Below are positions 48,642 through 57,499 of a stretch of 64,000 nucleotides of DNA, one piece after another. Source of the stretch: a bacterium (GTDB lineage: Bacteria; Hinthialibacterota; Hinthialibacteria; Hinthialibacterales; Hinthialibacteraceae). Position 1 is the stretch's first letter; the number at the start of each line of letters is the position of its first letter. Made by a program: the position numbers and the translations under genes. The DNA lies in assembly GCA_963662285.2 (NCBI GenBank), contig CAXXMV010000006.1, positions 1,536,001-1,600,000 on the forward strand. Reading direction: 5' to 3'. The notes below the pieces were generated by a model. That model was not told the origin of the DNA and ran no database searches. It saw only the letters and a program-made list of their open reading frames with translations.

Positions 48642-51257
48642 ATGAAAAAGAAAATTATTTTCGGAAGCGTTATTGGCGCCATAGTTCTGACCGGCTTCTT
48701 GGTGGGATATATTTTTCATATTATCCAACGTAATGGGATGATTTCAGAAGCCCAATCGCTGTTTAATAAAGGTCAGTATCTTGCCGTAATCGACCATTTG
48801 AATCCTGGAATCGAAGAAGGAAGCCGGTCGGCGGAAGAACGCATATTGATCGGAAAATCATTCTATCGCCTGCGACAATACGATGAAGCATTGAAAGCGC
48901 TTGATCCTCTTTTGCGCACTGGACGCGAAGATGCTAAGGCGTTAGCCCTATCCGGCTGGATCTGGATAAAAAAGAACTCTCCATTACAGGCTCAAACCAA
49001 GTTTGATAAAGCGGCTGCTCTCGGCGAAGAAGCTGAAGCCGAGGGGGGATTAGGCGCTTTGGCTTTGGTTCGCAGCGAGAATTATAGAAGCGAATTTCTC
49101 AATGAAGCCTTATTCCATCTAAAAAAATCTATTGCCTTGGATCCGGGTAACGCCAAAGTTTATCTGGTTATGGCGGAGTTGAGCCGACTGCAACATAAGT
49201 ACAGTGAATCCATCGAATGGTCGAAAAAAGCGGTTGAACTGGCGCCTTATTGGTCTGAACCATACAGAATGCTGGGCAGCGTTTATCTTTTAGACGGTAA
49301 ATACTCTGATGCAGAGAATACTTTTCTGGAAGGACAAAAGCATGGCGGATCAAAAGAAGAGACGCAATATTACCTGGCCCATTCGGTTTATTATCAAGGG
49401 CGATTGAATGAATCATTAGCTCTTTTTGAAGAGTTGATTAACCATGGCAAAGAGAAAGTCCGTGATGCATTGATTGACGCCGCCAAGGTGGCCTTAGTAG
49501 TGGATGAGAAAAAGGCTATCGATTATCTAAAACGCGCGTGGTCGATGAAATCTGATCCCATCACGGGAATGCAATTGTATGAAGCGCTTTCCAGAGAAAA
49601 TCGAACAAGTGAAGCAGAAAAAATTTTGGAAAGCGTTCTCAGCGATTGGCCTTTCTTAGGTTTGGCGCATCTGGAGAGGGGACATACCGCACTACAAGAT
49701 AAAGATTTTAACCGGGCATATTTATCTTATCAAAGCGTCCTGGAAAATGATTCACGAAACTATCTTGCTAATAATAACTTAGGCTATCTGGCCCCTCTGC
49801 GCAGCAGTATGGATCAAGCGCCGGGCTATTTTGAATCCGTAGTACGCGATTATCAAGATTTTTTCCCGGCGCTGGTTAATCTTGTTCTGGGGCAATTATC
49901 GGCGGATCGTGGAATCGAAGCAGAAAAACAATTAACTGATTTGCTGCTTATCTATCCGGATAATGCTTATTTACTTTTAGCTAGTGCATTGGAACGTTTC
50001 GCTGCTGGAGATGCAGTTGCGTCACTGGAGTTGCTGGACCGCTCGCTTAGCGTAGGCAATAGTCAATCAGTTATTTTTGTGATTCGCGGCGAAATACAAT
50101 TAAGGCTCTTTCAGTTTGAAAAAGCCAAAAGCAGTTTTGAACAAGCTCTTTTGTCTGATCCCAAAAATCTTCGCGCCAAACTTGGCAAGGCGCATGCCCT
50201 GTACCGTTTGGGTGATTATGGGCCGGCTGAGATTACTTATCAGGAATTATTCAGTGAACTGTCGTCTCTTTCAGAAATTCAGCAGATAGAAGTTAGAAAT
50301 GGATTAGCCGTAACTTCTTTGGAAAAAGGCAATTATGAAAAAACAACTGAAATTCTGGAGACGTTAAAAAACTCATCAGGCGAACTGGGTCGTCAATTTT
50401 ACGCAATTAATGCCGGTTTGCTTGAAGAAAATCTTCCAACGGCTGATGTTTTGGAAAATTTAAAAGTCGCAGCTGTAAGCAACAATGCTTTACCGGAGGT
50501 TTTTTATAATCTGGCCGTATTCCTCAATACGCTGGATCAACCAGATAAATCCATAGAGTCTTATGAAATTCTTTATAAAAAATATCCCGGTTATCTTCCC
50601 GGTCTCTACAATTTAGCTAATTTGTATCGTTTTGAAGGTCGCAAAGGAGATTCGGTTCTGCTTTATGATCTGGCCCAAAAAGCTGCTCCTGATATGGTTG
50701 AGGTTTATAATAATCAAGCTGTGGTTTATCAGATGATGAATCAATTAGACCGGGCGAAAATGAATCTGGATGAAGCGGGCGCCATTGATCAGAATTACAG
50801 TGAAATTATTTATAATAAAATTTTATTGGCGCTTATTGAGCATAATCTTGCTGATGCGGAAAAGATGTTGTTGGAACTTAAATCATATAATCTGTCGTCT
50901 GTTGCTCAAATGGCGGATGGTCTGATTGAAGGTTCAAAGGGGAACTGGCAAAAAGCGGAGCCGATATTCGCTTCCGCCATTAATGATAATAGCGACGATG
51001 CATATTCCTGTTTAAATCATGGAGTTGCGTTGGTTAAGTTAAAAGAATATTCAAAAGCAGAAGCAGCATTTCGTGAAGCAATTCGGCGTGATCCATCTTT
51101 ATCTTCAGCGCGTAAGGCGTTAGGATTGTTATATTGCGAATTAGGATTATTCAAGCATGCAGAAGAACAATTAAATGTGGCTCTTCGGCTTGATCCCTTG
51201 CAAACAGATATTAAATTAGTAATAGATAGGATACAGGGATGGATGAAGGATATATAG
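48642..51257 (+). CDS. Membrane-anchored multi-TPR protein
   Basis: N-terminal TM followed by many TPR-like repeats. Confidence 0.88.
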   Translation: MKKKIIFGSVIGAIVLTGFLVGYIFHIIQRNGMISEAQSLFNKGQYLAVIDHLNPGIEEGSRSAEERILIGKSFYRLRQYDEALKALDPLLRTGREDAKALALSGWIWIKKNSPLQAQTKFDKAAALGEEAEAEGGLGALALVRSENYRSEFLNEALFHLKKSIALDPGNAKVYLVMAELSRLQHKYSESIEWSKKAVELAPYWSEPYRMLGSVYLLDGKYSDAENTFLEGQKHGGSKEETQYYLAHSVYYQGRLNESLALFEELINHGKEKVRDALIDAAKVALVVDEKKAIDYLKRAWSMKSDPITGMQLYEALSRENRTSEAEKILESVLSDWPFLGLAHLERGHTALQDKDFNRAYLSYQSVLENDSRNYLANNNLGYLAPLRSSMDQAPGYFESVVRDYQDFFPALVNLVLGQLSADRGIEAEKQLTDLLLIYPDNAYLLLASALERFAAGDAVASLELLDRSLSVGNSQSVIFVIRGEIQLRLFQFEKAKSSFEQALLSDPKNLRAKLGKAHALYRLGDYGPAEITYQELFSELSSLSEIQQIEVRNGLAVTSLEKGNYEKTTEILETLKNSSGELGRQFYAINAGLLEENLPTADVLENLKVAAVSNNALPEVFYNLAVFLNTLDQPDKSIESYEILYKKYPGYLPGLYNLANLYRFEGRKGDSVLLYDLAQKAAPDMVEVYNNQAVVYQMMNQLDRAKMNLDEAGAIDQNYSEIIYNKILLALIEHNLADAEKMLLELKSYNLSSVAQMADGLIEGSKGNWQKAEPIFASAINDNSDDAYSCLNHGVALVKLKEYSKAEAAFREAIRRDPSLSSARKALGLLYCELGLFKHAEEQLNVALRLDPLQTDIKLVIDRIQGWMKDI

Positions 51258-51276
51258 ATATATGATTGCCAAATCC

Positions 51277-51306
51277 TTGACGTTCTTCACCTTCCGACGA
51301 TATACT
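51277..51306 (+). promoter_or_regulatory. Sigma70-type promoter
   Basis: TTGACG-18-TATACT upstream of the first ATPase. Confidence 0.55.
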
Positions 51307-51380
51307 ACTTTATTGAAGGTTGATTAGCGTGACGAATAGTAGAGACATGCCTCCTATCTTCCTGATTATCATCCATTTAG

Positions 51381-53117
51381 GTGCGCGAAATTATGGCTAA
51401 CCAAGACGATAAGACAGCTGTCGCCAATGATGTTGCTCAAGATAATTCTCTTAATGAAGAGAATGTAACCAATGAATTTCAACTCGAATCAGAAAGTGCG
51501 CAACGTCTTCAGGATGTTGATTATGCTACTGTTGAGTTGGGTTCAGGCGACATGCTGGAATCTTTGGCCGCACAGGCCAATATGGAAATTGTGCAATTAC
51601 GGCAGAAGAGATTGCTGCCTGAAGTTGTATCACTTCTACCAGAGAAGTTAGCACGACGTTATTCTGCGATAGTTATTGAACGTGATGAAGATTCGATCAC
51701 CATTGCGGTGAACGATCCGTTTAACCTTGATGCTCACGATGCCATTAGATTCCGCTTTACCGGGATGACCATCAACTGGGTTCTCGCTCGTGAAGAAGAT
51801 ATCCATATGACTATCGAGCGCTATTATCGGGGTCAGCAGGCTATGGTTGAAGATATGCTGAATGAAATCAGCGAAGACCAAGGCTATGGCGCAAAGGATA
51901 ATCGTTCTCTGAAAGAGTTTTTAGCGAGCAATATTTCCGCCGATGACGAAGGCCCCATCATGCGATTGGTGGACTTGGTTTTCGAAGAAGCGGTTAAATT
52001 ACGCGCCTCAGATATTCATTTTGAACCATTCGAGGATAAGTTCCTTATCCGGTTAAGAATAGATGGCGTGCTTCATGAAATTCAGTCGCCCAGCAAGAAA
52101 TTGCAGGGGCCGATTTTATCGCGTTTGAAACTTATGAGCGGAATGGACCTTTCTGAAAAACGGGTGCCCCAGGATGGCCGTATACAGAAAGTTATTCTGG
52201 GACGACAATTTGACTTCCGCGTCTCAGCGCTGCCCGCATTACATGGCGAAAGTATTGTTACCCGTCTGCTGGAACAGTCCGGCGTATTGCTGGGATTGGA
52301 GCAGATCGGATTTTTAGAGGATAACGTTGAACGATTCAGGACCATGATCCGGCAGCCCAACGGGATCATCCTCATGACCGGGCCAACCGGTTCCGGTAAA
52401 ACAACAACGCTTTATTCCGCTCTTAATGTTATTAACACTATCGATACCAAGATCATTACAGTTGAAAACCCGGTTGAATATCAGATAGAAGGCATCAACC
52501 AGGTGCAGATCAATGATGACATCGGTCTGACATTCTCGCTGGCGCTTCGTTCCCTACTGCGCCAGGCGCCAAATGTTATTCTGGTTGGTGAAATCCGCGA
52601 CCTCGAAACGGCAGAAATCGCGATCAGCGCCGCCATGACGGGTCACTTGGTCTTTTCAACCCTTCATACCAATGATGCTCCCGGCGCTAATGCGCGTCTG
52701 GTGGAAATGGGAGTTAAGCCCTTCCTGGTTTCTTCCGCTATTCAGGCCATTATTGCTCAACGTCTTGTACGTACCATCTGTAAGGAATGTAAGGAGCAGT
52801 ACGACGTAGATCCTCTGATGATCAAAGATATCGGTTTTGATCCTGATGAGTATAAAACCCAGGCGTTTTATCGCGGTAAGGGTTGTGAAACATGCAGTTA
52901 TACCGGTTATAAAGGTCGTACTGCTATTCATGAAGTTCTGGAAAATACTGATGAAATTCGCGACCTGGTTCTTAACAACGCAACAACGGATCAAATTCGA
53001 GTGTTGGCCCGTAAACAAGGCATGAGGACGTTGCGTGAAGATGGATGGCTGAAAGTTCTTCGCGGCGAAACTACCATGGTCGAGGTTGCGCGTATCACGG
53101 CCGGTGATGAGTTATAA
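51381..53117 (+). CDS. pilB: PilB/GspE assembly ATPase
   Basis: ASDIHFEP, PQDGR, GPTGSGKT, VGEIRD, STLHTN, CKEC/CETC. Confidence 0.92.
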   Translation: MREIMANQDDKTAVANDVAQDNSLNEENVTNEFQLESESAQRLQDVDYATVELGSGDMLESLAAQANMEIVQLRQKRLLPEVVSLLPEKLARRYSAIVIERDEDSITIAVNDPFNLDAHDAIRFRFTGMTINWVLAREEDIHMTIERYYRGQQAMVEDMLNEISEDQGYGAKDNRSLKEFLASNISADDEGPIMRLVDLVFEEAVKLRASDIHFEPFEDKFLIRLRIDGVLHEIQSPSKKLQGPILSRLKLMSGMDLSEKRVPQDGRIQKVILGRQFDFRVSALPALHGESIVTRLLEQSGVLLGLEQIGFLEDNVERFRTMIRQPNGIILMTGPTGSGKTTTLYSALNVINTIDTKIITVENPVEYQIEGINQVQINDDIGLTFSLALRSLLRQAPNVILVGEIRDLETAEIAISAAMTGHLVFSTLHTNDAPGANARLVEMGVKPFLVSSAIQAIIAQRLVRTICKECKEQYDVDPLMIKDIGFDPDEYKTQAFYRGKGCETCSYTGYKGRTAIHEVLENTDEIRDLVLNNATTDQIRVLARKQGMRTLREDGWLKVLRGETTMVEVARITAGDEL

Positions 53118-53160
53118 ATAAAAAAAATAATATTGAATAATAAAGAAGGAGAAGTACAAC

Positions 53161-54246
53161 GTGGTTAGTGTCAAGAAGCAAAGAATAGAGATGGATGATC
53201 TGCTCAAAATCGTCGTCGAGCGAGACGCGTCCGATTTGCATATACGCGTTGGACGCCCTCCGGTTATACGAATAGATGGACGATTAGAAGATTTGGGAAA
53301 CGAACCATTAACGCCGGAAGATACTGAATATCTGATGTCGAGCATCTCTCCCGATATGCATCGTGAATCCATCGCGGAAATCGGCAGCGCTGACTATGGT
53401 TATTCATTTCAGAATCTGGCTCGATTTAGAGTTTCTATCTTTAAGACATGGGGATATTACGGGATGGTTATGCGGTTGATCCCTTCTCGAATTCTTTCAT
53501 TCGAGGATTTGGGTTTGCCTCTTGCCGCGACCAAAGAGTTGCTGCACCGTCCCCGCGGCCTGGTTCTGATCGTTGGCCCGACCGGATCAGGAAAAACAAC
53601 TACCCTGGCGACATTGATCGATTATATCAACCGTAACCGGGATACTCATATTATCACTATTGAAGACCCTATTGAATATTTTCATCCTCATCGTAAATCA
53701 ATCGTAACGCACCGCGCATTGCATGTTGACGTAAGCACCTTTGCGGATGGTTTGCGTTCCGCCCTGCGACAGGACCCCGATGTTATTCTGGTTGGTGAAA
53801 TGCGTGATACTGAAACAATGCAAGCGGCTATTACTGCGGCGGAAACTGGTCACTTGGTTTTTGCCACGTTGCATACAAACAGCGCCTCGGCAACGATCAA
53901 CCGTATTGTTGACGCATTTCCCACAAACCAACAGGAACAGATTCGCATGCAGTTATCTGTTACGCTTATCGCTTCCATTTCACAGGCTCTATTAGGCCGC
54001 GCCAGCGGTAAAGGCCGGGTGGCGGCTTATGAGATCATGTTTATGACCTCGGCTATCGCCAACCTTATTCGTGAAAGTAAAGCCAACCGGATTTTATCAG
54101 CCATTCAGACAGGCGGTAGACAGGGAATGATCACTATGGATATGTTCCTGTACAATCTTTTTTCCAAAGGCATTATTACTGCGGAAGACTGCATTGAACG
54201 ATCTCATGAACCTGAAGATATGCGTAGAAAACTTCTATTCAAATAA
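53161..54246 (+). CDS. pilT: Retraction ATPase PilT
   Basis: ASDLH, GPTGSGKT, LRQDPDVILVGEMRD, AIANLIRE. Confidence 0.93.
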   Translation: MVSVKKQRIEMDDLLKIVVERDASDLHIRVGRPPVIRIDGRLEDLGNEPLTPEDTEYLMSSISPDMHRESIAEIGSADYGYSFQNLARFRVSIFKTWGYYGMVMRLIPSRILSFEDLGLPLAATKELLHRPRGLVLIVGPTGSGKTTTLATLIDYINRNRDTHIITIEDPIEYFHPHRKSIVTHRALHVDVSTFADGLRSALRQDPDVILVGEMRDTETMQAAITAAETGHLVFATLHTNSASATINRIVDAFPTNQQEQIRMQLSVTLIASISQALLGRASGKGRVAAYEIMFMTSAIANLIRESKANRILSAIQTGGRQGMITMDMFLYNLFSKGIITAEDCIERSHEPEDMRRKLLFK

Positions 54247-54289
54247 TCGATTTTGTATCGTGTAAATTTATTCCGGCGAGGAATCATCA

Positions 54290-56146
54290 ATGCTTGGATT
54301 AGGACGCAAAAAGAAAACTGAAAAAAGTGCGGAAGTGGTTGAACAAGATGGTTTGACTCCCGCTGCATCCTCTGAAGCGGAAGATTCGACTTCTGATAAA
54401 CGAGATAAGACTGCTTCTAAACCTTCCGGGGAAGAAGTCATTTCCGTATTGGCTAACAACGAAGCCGCTGTTACGGTAGAGCAGATGAGCGGCAGTGCTA
54501 TTGCTGCTTATGAAGCTGGTCAATCCGTTAGCGATGCGGTGCTTGAGCAAGTCTCCGATGTTGCTGAGCAAACCACGGCCTATACTTCAGAAGACGACCT
54601 GTTAGCTGTTTTGGCGGAACAGGTCGGCATGGAACTTATCAAACTCAACGAACATGATATCCAACCGGATATCGTGGGTTTGGTTCCTCCCGATCTGGCG
54701 CGGCAATACAAAGTATTTCCGGTTGATTTGGATGAAGATAATAATGTTCTAACCCTGGCGGTTTCCGATCCTCTTAATGTACAGACGCTGGATGATCTCC
54801 GCATCTGGCTGGATCATGAAATTAAAGGAGTTCTTTCTTCCGAAGATGATATCCAAAGCGCCATTGAGGAGTTCTATGGCACGGGCGGCGAGTCGGTCGA
54901 TGATCTGCTCCATGAACTAGACGCCCAGGACTTTAATATAGACTTTAAGGATGAAAGTTTCGGAAACCTCGAAAAGATTGTACATGAGGCGCCAATCGTT
55001 AAGCTGGTCAACTTGATCTTGTTGCAGGCCATTAAAGATCGGGCGTCAGATTTACACATTGAACCTTTCGAAAATTCTCTCCGCATCAGGTATCGTGTGG
55101 ATGGCATCCTGCATGAAACTGTTCCGCCTCCCAGTCACCTGGCAAATGCGATTATATCCCGTCTCAAGGTTATGTCCGGTCTTAATATCGCTGAACGGCG
55201 TTTACCTCAGGATGGTCGAGTTAAATTGACCATGGCTGACAGAAACGTTGAACTGCGCGTCTCCTCGCTGCCTACGGTTAACGGAGAGAGCGTGGTTATG
55301 CGTATCCTTGATAGCCAGATGATGGACATGGGTCTGGAAAACATCGGCATGCTGCCCGATACCCTGGATATTTATGATAAAGTAATTAAACAACCTAACG
55401 GCATCGTCCTGGTTACCGGACCTACCGGTTGCGGTAAAACTACAACGCTTTACGCCGCATTGCGCCGCGTATTCAGCCCCATGCTCAAGATGATTACTAC
55501 CGAGAACCCGGTTGAATATCAAATGGACGGCGTGGTTCAGGTTAATATTAACCAGCAGGTTGGTTTGACCTTTGCGCGGTGTCTTCGAGCCATTCTTCGT
55601 CAGGATCCCGACATCATCATGGTTGGTGAGATCCGTGACCTTGATACGGCTAAGATGGCTATTGAATCGGCTCTTACCGGTCACTTGGTTTTATCCACTC
55701 TCCATACTAATGACGCTCCCAGTACGCTGACCCGTTTGATCGATATGGATGTTGAACCCTTCCTTATTACATCAGCCATAACTGCTGTTGTGGCGCAACG
55801 TCTTATTCGTAAGATTTGCGTGGATTGCAAGGAACCATATAAACCTGATCCCGTCCATTTGAAAATGATGGGATATGAGCCTGCTGAGTTGGAAAATATC
55901 AATTTCTTCCATGGTAAAGGTTGTTCAGAATGCAACTATACCGGATATAAAGGTCGAACCGGCGTCTTTGAAATATTGGTTCTTTCTGATGAAGTTAAGG
56001 AATTGGTATTGAATCACGAATCCAGTTCGGTCATCTTCCGTCAAGCCAGAAAAGACGGAATGCGCACAATGCGTGAAGACGGTTGGGAAAAGGTGCTGCA
56101 AGGCATCTCGACTGTTGAAGAGGTTATGTCCGGGACATCTCACTAA
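54290..56146 (+). CDS. pilB: Second PilB/GspE assembly ATPase
   Basis: ASDLHIEP, GPTGCGKT, LRQDPD, CVDC/CSEC; acidic N-terminal extension. Confidence 0.92.
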   Translation: MLGLGRKKKTEKSAEVVEQDGLTPAASSEAEDSTSDKRDKTASKPSGEEVISVLANNEAAVTVEQMSGSAIAAYEAGQSVSDAVLEQVSDVAEQTTAYTSEDDLLAVLAEQVGMELIKLNEHDIQPDIVGLVPPDLARQYKVFPVDLDEDNNVLTLAVSDPLNVQTLDDLRIWLDHEIKGVLSSEDDIQSAIEEFYGTGGESVDDLLHELDAQDFNIDFKDESFGNLEKIVHEAPIVKLVNLILLQAIKDRASDLHIEPFENSLRIRYRVDGILHETVPPPSHLANAIISRLKVMSGLNIAERRLPQDGRVKLTMADRNVELRVSSLPTVNGESVVMRILDSQMMDMGLENIGMLPDTLDIYDKVIKQPNGIVLVTGPTGCGKTTTLYAALRRVFSPMLKMITTENPVEYQMDGVVQVNINQQVGLTFARCLRAILRQDPDIIMVGEIRDLDTAKMAIESALTGHLVLSTLHTNDAPSTLTRLIDMDVEPFLITSAITAVVAQRLIRKICVDCKEPYKPDPVHLKMMGYEPAELENINFFHGKGCSECNYTGYKGRTGVFEILVLSDEVKELVLNHESSSVIFRQARKDGMRTMREDGWEKVLQGISTVEEVMSGTSH

Positions 56147-56158
56147 ACTAAAAAATAT

Positions 56159-56203
56159 ATACACAAAAAAAGAAGGCTTATATAGCCTTCTTTTTTTGTG
56201 TAT
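56159..56203. terminator. Intrinsic terminator
   Basis: ACACAAAAAAAGAAGGCT/AGCCTTCTTTTTTTGTGT. Confidence 0.85.
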
Positions 56204-56259
56204 TTTTAAATGCATTTGCCATTTTCTTCGTATAACCAGGAAAGTATAAACCAAGGGGA

Positions 56260-57243
56260 ATGAGAATGAAACGTAATTATAAGTACTTAGTCCTACCTAT
56301 TATTATCTTCATGATGACTTGGAATTTTTCGGGGTGCATTACAGTTCCGTTTGAAATTGCAGGAGACCTGATCGGGGCTACGGGAGATGTGGTAGGCGCC
56401 ACGGGAGATGTAGTTGGCGCAGTGGTATCTGTACCGATAGATGTTGCCGGGGGGATTGTAGATGGACCTCCCAGGCGTTTCGGCTCACATGTCAGTGAAA
56501 CACGAGTATGGACCAAAAGCGCGGATGGCGTCGAGTGCATCGAATTGGATTTTGAAAACGGTTCGGTAGATATTCGTGGATCGGAAAGAACTGATATTTA
56601 TATTCACGCGGTAAAAGAAGTTCATGCCCGTTCTCAACGAAAAGCGGAAGAATATCTCGATGATCAGCTCATCCATGTTGATTATAATAGAGAAATCCTT
56701 CAAATATCAAAAACTCCCCGGCATGAAAGCGACGATAATTATTATGTTCAAATCCATTTCGAAATAGAGATACCCTATGTTATGGATTTGGCTATAAATA
56801 CGCATAATGCTTCGATTGGCGTCTACAACGTCTATGGCTCTATGAAAACGGTTACCCACAATGGAAGAATATCCATTGAAAAAAGCAAAGGCGCCTTATG
56901 TGCAAAAACGCATAATGGAGATATTCGAATCGAGTCTGTGGATTTAATTGGTGATGGCCGGTTAATCACCCATAACGGATCAGTAAGAGCTGAATTTACC
57001 GAAATCCAGAGTTCTTTGGATGTTGAATCGCACAATGGCAAAGTCAGTATTTTTCTACCGTATGATTTTAATGGGTTCCTGGATGCCCGGAATGATAATG
57101 GACATATAACCTCCGATTACCCGGTTCGCATAACAACATCAAGCGATAATCAACTTACCGGACAAATTGGAGACGGATATGGCCCCAAGGTCGATATCAA
57201 AGCGCAAAATGGTTCTATAGAACTAAAGAAACTGGATGACTAG
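56260..57243 (+). CDS. DUF4097-like beta-repeat lipoprotein
   Basis: FSGC lipobox; repeated T/S-H-N-G motifs. Confidence 0.85.
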   Translation: MRMKRNYKYLVLPIIIFMMTWNFSGCITVPFEIAGDLIGATGDVVGATGDVVGAVVSVPIDVAGGIVDGPPRRFGSHVSETRVWTKSADGVECIELDFENGSVDIRGSERTDIYIHAVKEVHARSQRKAEEYLDDQLIHVDYNREILQISKTPRHESDDNYYVQIHFEIEIPYVMDLAINTHNASIGVYNVYGSMKTVTHNGRISIEKSKGALCAKTHNGDIRIESVDLIGDGRLITHNGSVRAEFTEIQSSLDVESHNGKVSIFLPYDFNGFLDARNDNGHITSDYPVRITTSSDNQLTGQIGDGYGPKVDIKAQNGSIELKKLDD

Positions 57244-57323
57244 AGTGGTTATCTAGAATTATTTGATTATTTTTTCTTCCTATCCGACAACAGCCTCGCC
57301 ATTTTGTTATATCATATAACTAT

Positions 57324-57478
57324 TAGAGCGATTGTCAAAAATATGTTCGTTTATTATCACATTCGGTCTTCGAAAAAGCCAATCTTTTCCGGCTTTTTCG
57401 AATCGCCAATCAGAACATTGTTATGACATCTACTCTAGAGTGGTTCTCAAAACATAATGAATTTTAAGAATCGCTCTG
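57324..57478. mobile_element. Two abutting TAGAG-ended MITEs
   Basis: 57324-57437 (114 bp, internal TTCGAAAAAGCC/GGCTTTTTCGAA hairpin) and 57436-57478 share one TA. Confidence 0.65.
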
Positions 57479-57499
57479 GACGAACGAGGTAAGGGAAGA

